Virus record (IMG/VR): IMGVR_UViG_3300017767_000015
Span: 1-53,544 of that record
Direction: 5' to 3' (one strand)
Source: a virus
Taxonomy: Duplodnaviria; Caudoviricetes
Length of the DNA: 53,544 nt
Shown one piece after another: positions 1 to 8,033 of the stretch. Both the position numbers and the translations under genes were made by a program. The number at the start of each line of letters is the position of its first letter. Position 1 is the stretch's first letter. Below the pieces are notes generated by a model. The model did no database searches, was not told the origin of the DNA, and worked only from the letters and a program-made list of their open reading frames with translations.

Positions 1-1
1 C

Positions 2-115
2 TGTTGCGAAGCAGATATGACTATAGAAGTAATACACTGTAGCAAAAAAGAACCTCATACCGGATGGTATGAAGCATGGGTTTGTGCTTTGTGCGGTAAT
101 ATACAGGAGGAATAA
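2..115 (+). CDS. Partial Zn-ribbon microprotein (5' end outside window or joined to window end)
   Basis: Hand translation CCEADMTIEVIHCSKKEPHTGWYEAWVCALCGNIQEE*; its 3' end holds the GGAGG SD of the next gene. Confidence 0.6.
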   Translation, partial: CCEADMTIEVIHCSKKEPHTGWYEAWVCALCGNIQEE

Positions 116-117
116 AT

Positions 118-327
118 ATGGAAAATAAAGACCCAAATTATTGTGCCGAGAGATACATGAACCCCGAAAAATGCAAGGCTAATAACTGCCGTTGTGTTCC
201 TCATATACTCGCAACACCCCTCAAATGTTATACCTGCGGTGGGAAAGTGCATTATGACTACGACCACCATAACGGTGATTGCATAACTTGTTATGTCAAT
301 AACCCAAGTAGGGGGTTATTCTCATGA
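118..327 (+). CDS. Cys-rich Zn-finger microprotein
   Basis: CYTC and CITC pairs; GGAGG SD upstream; ATGA overlap with next ORF. Confidence 0.7.
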   Translation: MENKDPNYCAERYMNPEKCKANNCRCVPHILATPLKCYTCGGKVHYDYDHHNGDCITCYVNNPSRGLFS

Positions 328-572
328 GCAACGCATTCACGGCTGATGTAATCAGCGAATCAACCAAAATCAACCAAAATCAACCTCCTACCGGAGGTTA
401 TTATATTCGCAAATACTTGCGATTGGCATTAGATTGCCTACCAAAAAATGTTAAACTTGAGGGTGCAATACGCTCACGGATAAGCGAGGCACTTGGATAT
501 GCAAAGGCTCGCCTATGTAATGGGTGTGGCGAGTGGCGTAGCGAATGTATGTGCGACAGGAGAGTGGAGTAA
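324..572 (+). CDS. Hypothetical protein with C-terminal CxxC...CxC
   Basis: Coupled ORF; LCNGCGEWRSECMC. Confidence 0.65.
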   Translation: MSNAFTADVISESTKINQNQPPTGGYYIRKYLRLALDCLPKNVKLEGAIRSRISEALGYAKARLCNGCGEWRSECMCDRRVE

Positions 573-576
573 AATG

Positions 577-598
577 TTAAATACCGAAACCCCCTATT
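577..598 (+). promoter_or_regulatory. Early promoter motif TTAAATA-N7-CCCCTATT, copy 1
   Basis: TTAAATA ccgaaac CCCCTATT; same spacing at 2902 and 3931; TATA-like box upstream of SD and ORF 624. Confidence 0.65.
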
Positions 599-623
599 TA
601 ATTGTAATATATGCAGGTGATGA

Positions 624-1106
624 ATGATGACAGGATATGATGAAAACGGACAAATGAAGAACATTGAGATTTTCAATGATGATAAAGGCAGCCCTATACT
701 ATGGGAGATAAACATGAATGGTGGCGGGTATCACCATGTAGTCTTTTACAAAGACCACGACTTGAAGATGGTTTGCGCTATGAAGATAACGCACATTGAT
801 GACTACCCCGAATCACAAGTGATTAGAGGCATACCATACTATAATGATGAGGCACACAAAGAATACATGAAGAAGCAGAATGCTTACAAAAGACAAAGAA
901 GCCGAAGCCCCGTAGGGAACAAGGTTCGCACCACTACTGCCACTTGGCATGGTGCAAAAGATTCTCGCAACAGAACGGTAGCCAAAGGCTACTCCGACAA
1001 CCAACCTATGCACAGGTCATGGGGTGAGCGTGGTGGTGGCAAGTCCATGACTACGGCACAGGTCAAGGAATTGTTGCGAGATGCTTTAGGAGAAGTGATA
1101 GAATGA
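624..1106 (+). CDS. Hypothetical protein
   Basis: 160-aa ORF with AGGTGA SD. Confidence 0.7.
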   Translation: MMTGYDENGQMKNIEIFNDDKGSPILWEINMNGGGYHHVVFYKDHDLKMVCAMKITHIDDYPESQVIRGIPYYNDEAHKEYMKKQNAYKRQRSRSPVGNKVRTTTATWHGAKDSRNRTVAKGYSDNQPMHRSWGERGGGKSMTTAQVKELLRDALGEVIE

Positions 1107-1321
1107 ATATGAGATTGTTAGAAGAAATGTATGCTGATATGTTAGACGAATGCTACCCGACTGTGAAGATTGCAGGTTATGAATACCTGCCGTCAATCGC
1201 ATTACAACGGTTAGACCACATAGCGTATATGGTAGGTATGGCTGATTATGAAAGTGCTTTGCGAGAAGATTATGAGAATGGCTACGGCTACGAAGAATTA
1301 TTTGGAGATGAAGAAGAATGA
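1103..1321 (+). CDS. Small hypothetical protein
   Basis: ATGA-coupled ORF in the early gene string. Confidence 0.7.
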   Translation: MNMRLLEEMYADMLDECYPTVKIAGYEYLPSIALQRLDHIAYMVGMADYESALREDYENGYGYEELFGDEEE

Positions 1322-1515
1322 GCGAAGAAAAAATATGCGATTTATGCTTTGGCATAATTGACAAACACTACTACACCAATGACGACGGAGAGCGCGTCAT
1401 GTATTGGGATGAAGGACACAACGGACAACCTTTGGTTGATGGTAGAGTCTGCGATTCATGTAATGAATTAGTGGTTGCATACAGGATAAAGAAAATGATG
1501 GAGGCGAGAGCATGA
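1318..1515 (+). CDS. Zn-finger microprotein
   Basis: CDLC ... GHNGQP ... CDSC. Confidence 0.75.
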   Translation: MSEEKICDLCFGIIDKHYYTNDDGERVMYWDEGHNGQPLVDGRVCDSCNELVVAYRIKKMMEARA

Positions 1516-1697
1516 AAGGAATAGCAAAAAAATTAATGAAAGCAGTTAAAGATGCGAGAGAGAAAAGAAGAATACAGGCGAATATAATCATAACACAATG
1601 GGAGGATAAATTCGATACTGCGTTTCTCGGAGATAGTGATGACTCCGAACACATACAGATGTTGATTGACGCATTAGCAAGGAGTGAGGAAGAATGA
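1512..1697 (+). CDS. Small hypothetical protein
   Basis: GGAGG SD; ATGA coupling at both ends. Confidence 0.7.
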   Translation: MKGIAKKLMKAVKDAREKRRIQANIIITQWEDKFDTAFLGDSDDSEHIQMLIDALARSEEE

Positions 1698-1915
1698 AGC
1701 AAGACGATTTGTATGAACAAATACTAACCGAGATATGCGATATCTTAGAGGCAGGTGATGTAATCGAAGATTTAGATGGGCGACCCTATGAGGTAGGTGT
1801 GTTGAGAAGTATAACTTCCATAATCCTATCGGAACTAAGAGAATTACATTCCCATAAAGAATTTATGGAACAGTTCGCAAAGATAACTGACAATTGGGAA
1901 GGTGAAGAAGAATGA
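1694..1915 (+). CDS. Small acidic hypothetical protein
   Basis: ATGA coupling at both ends. Confidence 0.7.
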   Translation: MKQDDLYEQILTEICDILEAGDVIEDLDGRPYEVGVLRSITSIILSELRELHSHKEFMEQFAKITDNWEGEEE

Positions 1916-2085
1916 TAACAAAAGACGAGTTTGATACTATTATACGAGCGTATTTCAGCCTCATGCAAAGCGGGAATGATAATTGGTGGCGTGATGTTTG
2001 GCACAGTCAAGTAGTGGCAATATTAAGAGACTACCCCGAATATGCGAATTTCTTTTTGACACCCGAAGAAAGGAGGGGTGATTAA
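1912..2085 (+). CDS. 57-aa hypothetical protein (not in ORF track)
   Basis: Hand translation MITKDEFDTIIRAYFSLMQSG...TPEERRGD*; fills the gap exactly; AGGTGA SD. Confidence 0.65.
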   Translation: MITKDEFDTIIRAYFSLMQSGNDNWWRDVWHSQVVAILRDYPEYANFFLTPEERRGD

Positions 2086-2586
2086 ATGAATATATTTGTC
2101 CTTGACAAATCTCCTACGGAGTCAGCGAAGATGTATTGCGATAAGCATGTGCCTAAAATGGTCTGCGAATTGTATCAGCAGATGGGTTCAGCCCTACGAA
2201 GACATGGTGCGGTGGATGAGCAGATGCCTTTGACAAAGTCAAACACACCCCTCAAAGGTGGGTATCACAATCATCCGGCTACCCGTTGGGTTGGAGAATC
2301 GCAGGAGAATTTCATTTGGGCAGCGTTCCATGCAGCCATGCTTTGCGAAGAATACGAAAGTAGATTCGGAAAATCGCATTACTGCGCTGATGGTATCGAG
2401 CAGATGTTCCACATGATGAGTATGATTCCCGAAGGGGAATTGACCGAGTTCGCTCAATGTATGCCCGACGAATACAAGGTCGAAGGCGACGCAGTCATGG
2501 CATACAGAAACTATTACCTGCATGAGAAAGCAAGATTCGCAAAGTGGAATAAGGGCAGGAAAGCCCCCGATTGGTGGTGGAAATAA
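2086..2586 (+). CDS. Pyrimidine-dimer DNA glycosylase-like protein (DenV-related phage family)
   Basis: MNIFVLD-P...A...CDKHV-KM..E..Q, HNHPATRW, LCEEY..RFGK.H, FAQCMPDEYK, AYRNYY...K.RFAKW. Confidence 0.75.
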   Translation: MNIFVLDKSPTESAKMYCDKHVPKMVCELYQQMGSALRRHGAVDEQMPLTKSNTPLKGGYHNHPATRWVGESQENFIWAAFHAAMLCEEYESRFGKSHYCADGIEQMFHMMSMIPEGELTEFAQCMPDEYKVEGDAVMAYRNYYLHEKARFAKWNKGRKAPDWWWK

Positions 2587-2714
2587 TGAAAGAGGAAGAA
2601 ATTTTAGCATCAGTAGATTTTGTAGTGTGGGCGATAAAAACACACCCTGCATACACAAATAATTTATTGCGAGCGTATAGACGATACAATGAGGCAAAAG
2701 GTGAAGAAGAATGA
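2586..2714 (+). CDS. 42-aa hypothetical protein (not in ORF track)
   Basis: MKEEEILASVDFVVWAIKTHP...AKGEEE*; coupled to both neighbours. Confidence 0.6.
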   Translation: MKEEEILASVDFVVWAIKTHPAYTNNLLRAYRRYNEAKGEEE

Positions 2715-2905
2715 TTAGAGATTGGGAAGAATTAGAGAAGATGAAAGAACACGCTAAGATTCTGTGCGAGAAGTGGTATATAGCCATGCGTAGCGCAGAA
2801 GAAAGGTTCGAGAGAGCAGAATGTATAAGGAACTATAACGCCTTACGAGGCGTGATAAAAGCACTACAATGGGCGCAAGGAGGGCATGAGAACCCATTGA
2901 ATTAA
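2711..2905 (+). CDS. Small helical hypothetical protein
   Basis: AGGTGA SD; ATGA overlap. Confidence 0.7.
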   Translation: MIRDWEELEKMKEHAKILCEKWYIAMRSAEERFERAECIRNYNALRGVIKALQWAQGGHENPLN

Positions 2906-2923
2906 ATATGAGAAGCCCCTATT
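2902..2923 (+). promoter_or_regulatory. Early promoter motif, copy 2
   Basis: TTAAATA tgagaag CCCCTATT upstream of ORF 2941. Confidence 0.65.
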
Positions 2924-2940
2924 AGAGATGAGGAATTGTT

Positions 2941-3381
2941 ATGAACGAAAACGAAAGAAGAATTGAGCCGAAAAACGAAGTGCCGGATGACTATGAGCAA
3001 TTGCTCATACAATGCACACCGGACACACCTAACTACTTAGTTAGGTGCAAACACCCAAATGGTAGTTATTTGGATTACCATGTGAACCTAACGGGTAGAG
3101 TGATAGCAGGTCAATGCCCTGTATGTGATGAACCAATGCGAAAGGCAAGTGTATATACATGCAGTAGTTGTGCTATACCTGTTGTTATGGCTACGCCACA
3201 CAAGAGACAAACTGCGCCGATTATCGCAAAAAGAATAACACGAACAAAGATTGAGAGTCCTAAACATATCAATGAAAAAGCCTACATACCAAGAACTTCT
3301 AAAGAAGTTGTGGATGTTAGTCTTGATGATATTAGAATCAAAGTCGCAAATGCTTTAGGTGATGTGTTTGAAAGTATTTGA
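2941..3381 (+). CDS. Zn-binding hypothetical protein
   Basis: CKH, CPVC and CSSC motifs. Confidence 0.7.
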   Translation: MNENERRIEPKNEVPDDYEQLLIQCTPDTPNYLVRCKHPNGSYLDYHVNLTGRVIAGQCPVCDEPMRKASVYTCSSCAIPVVMATPHKRQTAPIIAKRITRTKIESPKHINEKAYIPRTSKEVVDVSLDDIRIKVANALGDVFESI

Positions 3382-3934
3382 GGATAAAGACGGCAAAATA
3401 CGCTTCCCCATACTCACAACCGAGTTAGTTCCTACCGGAACATGGGGTGCAAACTTGCGTAGTCTTCTCCCGCCTTCGGGATGGAATCGCTTACGAAGAT
3501 GGGCTTACGAACAAGCCGAACACAAATGCGAGATTTGTGAGCAAGACGGCTTTTCGCAGAATCGCAAACATGCCGTTGAAGCACATGAACTTTGGTCTTA
3601 TGATGATGTGAGACACATACAGACATTGGAAGGCATACAAGCACTATGCCCTCTATGTCATTGTGTCAAGCATTTGGGTCGCAGTCTCAAGGTAGGTGCA
3701 GCAAAGCAGGTTCGTGAACACATGCAAGAAGTGAATGGGTGGGATGCCCATACACAGAAGATGTATGAGGACTTTAGTTTCTTAGTCCACAGTTTGCGTT
3801 CTCGCTTTAGATGGACAGTTGAGATTCAAGACAAATTAAAAGAGTATTTGGATATGGGCGTGATAAAGCAGAAGGATTATGATACTGCGATTGGCCGTCT
3901 CAAAAATGGTGCTTATAGTGAGGAAAAGAAATAA
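3359..3934 (+). CDS. HNH-type endonuclease
   Basis: ELVP..W..NLRS...W..LR, CEIC, EAHE.W.YDD, ALCPLCH.VKH.G. Confidence 0.75.
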   Translation: MMCLKVFEDKDGKIRFPILTTELVPTGTWGANLRSLLPPSGWNRLRRWAYEQAEHKCEICEQDGFSQNRKHAVEAHELWSYDDVRHIQTLEGIQALCPLCHCVKHLGRSLKVGAAKQVREHMQEVNGWDAHTQKMYEDFSFLVHSLRSRFRWTVEIQDKLKEYLDMGVIKQKDYDTAIGRLKNGAYSEEKK

Positions 3935-3952
3935 ATAGGGGAGACCCGTATT
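3931..3952 (+). promoter_or_regulatory. Early promoter motif, copy 3
   Basis: ATAAATA ggggaga CCCGTATT upstream of ORF 3980. Confidence 0.55.
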
Positions 3953-3979
3953 AAGGAATGGAAAACAGGAGAGATATGA

Positions 3980-4651
3980 ATGAGCAAATGGAAAGAAAAT
4001 GAAGTAGATGTAGCAGACAAAGATGAGGCGTATTTGTTTTATCATACGGTTGTGGTTGAACAGGCGTGTATAATAGACATAGACAAGGGCTTCCTCGATG
4101 ACGAAGGCAAGAGTGCGTTTAGTCACCTAACGGATAGAAGCGCAAGAGAATTACATAGATTAAACGAGCAAGCAAGAATGATTCTTGCTAAAGAAAACAT
4201 AGATGCACAGGAAGTAGTGCAAAGTTTTGAAAGTCTCTTGATAAGTCGCATAGTATTAGACGACCCACACATACAGGCTGATGGTGTGTCGCTATCCGTG
4301 ATTGAAGGACACCTTGCGATTGAGACCGAAGAAAAGAGAAAATTCCGAAGACAATGTCATTTGATAAGGTGCATTTCCGATACTTGCGAAGCACTTGCAC
4401 CGGAACATTTTGTAAAACAAGACGGGGCTATCGCTTTAGCGACAGATGCACATCCCGTATTACTACAATACTATGAGAGCATTCAATGGCGAGCATTAGA
4501 GGCAGTTCATGGTGTGTTCGATGAGAACTGCACATTAGACGAAGTCGAAAATGTAATCGCAGAAAGACAAGAAGAGATGGGTTTTGAATATCCTAAACAG
4601 GATATTGACGAGTTCGATGATGACCCATACGGAGAGGAGTATTGGGAGTGA
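3980..4651 (+). CDS. Acidic hypothetical protein
   Basis: 223-aa ORF, AGGAG SD, strongly acidic C-terminus. Confidence 0.75.
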   Translation: MSKWKENEVDVADKDEAYLFYHTVVVEQACIIDIDKGFLDDEGKSAFSHLTDRSARELHRLNEQARMILAKENIDAQEVVQSFESLLISRIVLDDPHIQADGVSLSVIEGHLAIETEEKRKFRRQCHLIRCISDTCEALAPEHFVKQDGAIALATDAHPVLLQYYESIQWRALEAVHGVFDENCTLDEVENVIAERQEEMGFEYPKQDIDEFDDDPYGEEYWE

Positions 4652-4866
4652 TTAACATGCGTAAATACAAATACAATAGCACAATAAAGGCACTTCAAAT
4701 TGCTTCGCAAATAATCGAAGAGATAGCCTACATAGACACCGAGCATGGTGTCGAGAAGGTGGAGGCGTGGAAGGTGGTCGTAGAACCCGCTATCCGTGAG
4801 ATAGAAGATAATATGGGCATACTCCTTAGTAAATTGGAGATAAAAAACAGGAAGGTGAAAAGATAA
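4642..4866 (+). CDS. Small hypothetical protein
   Basis: Coupled ORF; true start probably the later MRKY. Confidence 0.65.
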   Translation: MGVINMRKYKYNSTIKALQIASQIIEEIAYIDTEHGVEKVEAWKVVVEPAIREIEDNMGILLSKLEIKNRKVKR

Positions 4867-5342
4867 TGGAAGAAAAATGGTTGTTCTTAAGAACAGGCGG
4901 AGAAATAGAAAAGATAGTGAACGAAAAACCCACTCTTGAAGAAATGCAAGAGTTTGTAGGTGGCTACATAGAATATACGGGTGCTGAAAAGAAGTCTAAC
5001 TTCTTTGTAAATAGCGTAAGTTCTATGAAAAAGGCAAATGGTGATTTGATGCGAATGAAAGTAATTAAACAAGATGTTATAGACATTATTGTTAATCAAG
5101 AAGGGCTTATAGATGGCCTTGATTTTAACTATATCGCAACGGCAGCAAAATATAATTTGTCATACTTAGACTTGAGCAGGAGAAATATTCAGCCACTTGT
5201 AGGTAATGTAATCATACACTACGAACATACGGGAGAGGCACTTGAGGATGATAGAGAATACTCTCTAATGGAAGCAACAACGATGCTAACAGGTGTTAAA
5301 CAGGATGATACACCTATGTATGGCACTTATGGGAGTGAATGA
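4866..5342 (+). CDS. DUF3846-like protein
   Basis: PTLEEMQEFVGGYIE, IIVNQEGL..GL.FN..AT, LVGNVII. Confidence 0.65.
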   Translation: MEEKWLFLRTGGEIEKIVNEKPTLEEMQEFVGGYIEYTGAEKKSNFFVNSVSSMKKANGDLMRMKVIKQDVIDIIVNQEGLIDGLDFNYIATAAKYNLSYLDLSRRNIQPLVGNVIIHYEHTGEALEDDREYSLMEATTMLTGVKQDDTPMYGTYGSE

Positions 5343-5598
5343 TATGACAGACTTAGACGGACTTTGCGAAGAACTGAAAGATAAGGCGATAGCACTTGAT
5401 GAATTGATGAGCGCATGTGACGATGCCCTAAATGCGATTGATGAAATCAATACTGCATTAGACGAATTGTGCGCTATGCAGTTAGACCATACTGTTGAGA
5501 TGGCGATACAGGAAGTAAAGGATAATGCAGAATCAACGCAAGATACTCTTGAGACGACCTTGAAAGACTTAATATCGCAAGTGGAGGGATTGAATTGA
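5293..5598 (+). CDS. Acidic coiled-coil protein (start probably at MTDLD)
   Basis: Heptad pattern, D/E-rich; GGAGTGA SD before the internal ATG. Confidence 0.65.
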   Translation: MLNRMIHLCMALMGVNDMTDLDGLCEELKDKAIALDELMSACDDALNAIDEINTALDELCAMQLDHTVEMAIQEVKDNAESTQDTLETTLKDLISQVEGLN

Positions 5599-5801
5599 GT
5601 TTATACAACATACCCGTAGTTGATACAATGCTTGCACCGGATGGTGTGTGGTATGCAGTAATGCAATCCGGCACTTGCATACTTCCCGATGGGAGATATG
5701 CCCGTAAGATTGAGTTTGTTGATAATTGCGATTACTATATGTTAGAGTATCTAAACGATGGTTTTCAAGAGTGGAAAAAGATAGGAGAGGAAGAAGAGTG
5801 A
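5595..5801 (+). CDS. Small hypothetical protein
   Basis: TTG start with GGAGG SD; coupled. Confidence 0.6.
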   Translation: MSLYNIPVVDTMLAPDGVWYAVMQSGTCILPDGRYARKIEFVDNCDYYMLEYLNDGFQEWKKIGEEEE

Positions 5802-6073
5802 AACCGGAGTGGAATTGGATGATAGAAAAAGAAACCACTACTATGAATATTTTGCTACAAGCAACAGAAGATGCGAAATACCTCAACAGGCTGAATAAAC
5901 AAAGTTTCAAGAAACTTCTCTTCCCAAAGTCCGAAGATTCCTATGTTGATGGGAAGTGGGCGTTATTCCAAGCAGGTATGATGCCCTTCTTGTGGTCTTG
6001 TTCTAAAGATAAACTGCGATTGATTGCTAAATATATTACAGAATGCAAGTATATGACGGGTGAATGGGAATGA
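5798..6073 (+). CDS. Hypothetical protein (start moved to GTG at 5798)
   Basis: GTGA overlap with the previous stop; in frame with track ORF 5726..6073. Confidence 0.6.
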   Translation: MKPEWNWMIEKETTTMNILLQATEDAKYLNRLNKQSFKKLLFPKSEDSYVDGKWALFQAGMMPFLWSCSKDKLRLIAKYITECKYMTGEWE

Positions 6074-6207
6074 TTAACCACGAAGAAGTATTGAATGTAG
6101 CACTTGACGCTATACGATTGCTAAGAATCGCAGGGCATGACCCAACGGCTGACTTCCTACTTGAGAGGATTCTCAAGGCCACAGGTGAGGGTAATGCAAC
6201 CGTTTAG
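6070..6207 (+). CDS. 45-aa hypothetical protein (not in ORF track)
   Basis: MINHEEVLNVALDAIRLLRIAG...GEGNATV*; GGTGA SD and ATGA overlap. Confidence 0.6.
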   Translation: MINHEEVLNVALDAIRLLRIAGHDPTADFLLERILKATGEGNATV

Positions 6208-7006
6208 GTATGAAGGGGCATACATATTATCGCAACCAAAACATATTGTGGTTGAAGATTTTATTGCTCTTAGAAAGACCTCCAAAGGTAGAAGATTCAA
6301 TCCATATCTACACTTGCGTATAGACGAGTTCGATGTAGTGCTTGACGGCTACGATGCTATATGGGAGTTCTTAGATGTGATTCAGCCGAATATGTATCGC
6401 ACACAGATACAAGCAGGTATGCTTGGCAAGTTAGACTTGCCTCATACTTTCGACAAGGAAATACAGGCTCTAATAGATGAATCGCAGGTTGAATGGATTT
6501 GTTTTAATTATGACAAAAAGAAATTTGTCATTCCTAATACACGACCCAAGCGGAAGATAGAGGCACACATAGCCTCTACCGTTCACGATTGCACTATGGT
6601 AGAAGAGGGCTGGCGTTGGAAACCGGAAGGGTGCATAGCAAAAATGCTACTACCTTTTAATAACAAGGATTTGCGAACAAGATGCCCTTCTTACATATAT
6701 GGCGAACACCCACAGTTATGTATAGTCCAAGAGATAAAAGTCAAAACATGGCGAGTTTCAACAATAATACACGCAAATTGTGGTGCAGATTATAGAATCG
6801 CGCCCCAAAAGTGTTATTGGAATCCCGAAATGGATGGGTTCAAAGATATGAATAACTACATAACGAGAATGTCTTTCCACATGGCGGAGATAGCATACGA
6901 TATTAGCAACACATTATCCAACAAGGATAGGGTAGGTATGTATTCACGCGAAAGAGACCGTCTTGAGTATGATAGATATATCTTTCAAATCGGAGGAAAG
7001 AATTAA
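6194..7006 (+). CDS. Hypothetical protein (start moved to ATG 6194)
   Basis: AGGTGAGG SD before MQPFRY; no family recognised. Confidence 0.7.
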   Translation: MQPFRYEGAYILSQPKHIVVEDFIALRKTSKGRRFNPYLHLRIDEFDVVLDGYDAIWEFLDVIQPNMYRTQIQAGMLGKLDLPHTFDKEIQALIDESQVEWICFNYDKKKFVIPNTRPKRKIEAHIASTVHDCTMVEEGWRWKPEGCIAKMLLPFNNKDLRTRCPSYIYGEHPQLCIVQEIKVKTWRVSTIIHANCGADYRIAPQKCYWNPEMDGFKDMNNYITRMSFHMAEIAYDISNTLSNKDRVGMYSRERDRLEYDRYIFQIGGKN

Positions 7007-7186
7007 GAAAAAAATAAACGCAAGACTGCGAGCCTGTTGATTTTATTTTGTAATATTTCCTAAGAGATTAAACTTAAGTCCGACTATTATTTATTTAATA
7101 AATAGAGGATTAACTCTTAAGAAAGAAAAAAGAATAATTTAAAATCGCATTCAGTCATTTGATTTAATTTTTTTTAATTATTTCTA
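6996..7186. repeat. AT-rich imperfect palindromic element, copy A (candidate origin or protein-binding array)
   Basis: Arms GAAAGAATTAAGAAAAAAATAAA / TTTAATTTTTTTTAATTATTTC and TTTCCTAAGAGATTAA / TTAACTCTTAAGAAA; inner TATTTATT-T-AATAAATA; inverted homologue at 50019-50210. Confidence 0.8.
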
Positions 7187-7238
7187 TGGTCTTGAAAGTA
7201 ATGGGATTCATAAGGTCTTAGCAACATGAGGTATATAC

Positions 7239-8033
7239 ATGGGAGAGATACAGACAATAAACGAGACAGACTTTGTATGGTTTGATGGTGAGCCTAAAGG
7301 CATCACTCAAGCCATACTATACGATGCAGTAGGCACAGACCACATACCTGCGGTAGTGGGTGCATCTATGGTAAAGGAGAACGAACCGATAGGGTATATG
7401 ACGAGCAAACACATACACTCAAGCCCGCATACCTTCCTTGAAGTAGGATTCACAGGTTGGGCGATATACAGAAATGGTAATTGCCTAATCGTTGAAGTAT
7501 TAACACCCGCACACATAAGTAAGGATATAGGCCAACAGAAAAACGCATGGCTATTCAACTATCCCCCTGCGAGAGATGTAGCAAAGATGCTTGTCAATCT
7601 TGGAGTCAAAGACTTCTTTGTATTAACAAGCGATTCCTTTGATAGGATGATGGAAGAAGAAATTGATTCCTGCGTTATTGTAAAGGGTGAAGATATTGGC
7701 GGAGAAGAAGCATATAACTCCCTTCAACCTCTATGGGGTTGGCTACCTGCTTTCATGTTCAGCGTTGAAAGCGCAGGTGCAAAGATACTAATTATTCCTT
7801 CTCACGGCGCAAGAATGGAGAGCCTACCTTATGATGATAGCCACATTAGAGAGGCTTTGGGCTTACTCAAAAAGAACGGATATAATACCGTTGGTGCTAT
7901 AAAAAGGTCGAAGGGTATTTATGATAGGGCTTCCTCCGAAGCAAATGAGGCAGCGAAGATGGCGGGAGAAGTAGTGGCGAGAATGAAGACTAAAAACAAG
8001 AGAGACATAAATGCAAATGGAATGTTCGGGTGA
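7239..8033 (+). CDS. PAC2 (proteasome assembly chaperone 2)-like protein, divergent
   Basis: Length and pattern fit the family: N-terminal G.D.IP.VVG..M, IGYMTS..., central 'ARDVAKMLVNLGVKDFFVLTS', basic helical C-terminus; upstream TTCATAA box suggests a leaderless or short-leader mRNA. Confidence 0.45.
   Translation: MGEIQTINETDFVWFDGEPKGITQAILYDAVGTDHIPAVVGASMVKENEPIGYMTSKHIHSSPHTFLEVGFTGWAIYRNGNCLIVEVLTPAHISKDIGQQKNAWLFNYPPARDVAKMLVNLGVKDFFVLTSDSFDRMMEEEIDSCVIVKGEDIGGEEAYNSLQPLWGWLPAFMFSVESAGAKILIIPSHGARMESLPYDDSHIREALGLLKKNGYNTVGAIKRSKGIYDRASSEANEAAKMAGEVVARMKTKNKRDINANGMFG

Noticed and set aside
6996-7186. Palindromic element as a MITE or transposon
   Set aside because: No target-site duplication or transposase seen, and both copies overlap gene 3' ends at module boundaries, which fits a functional cis element better
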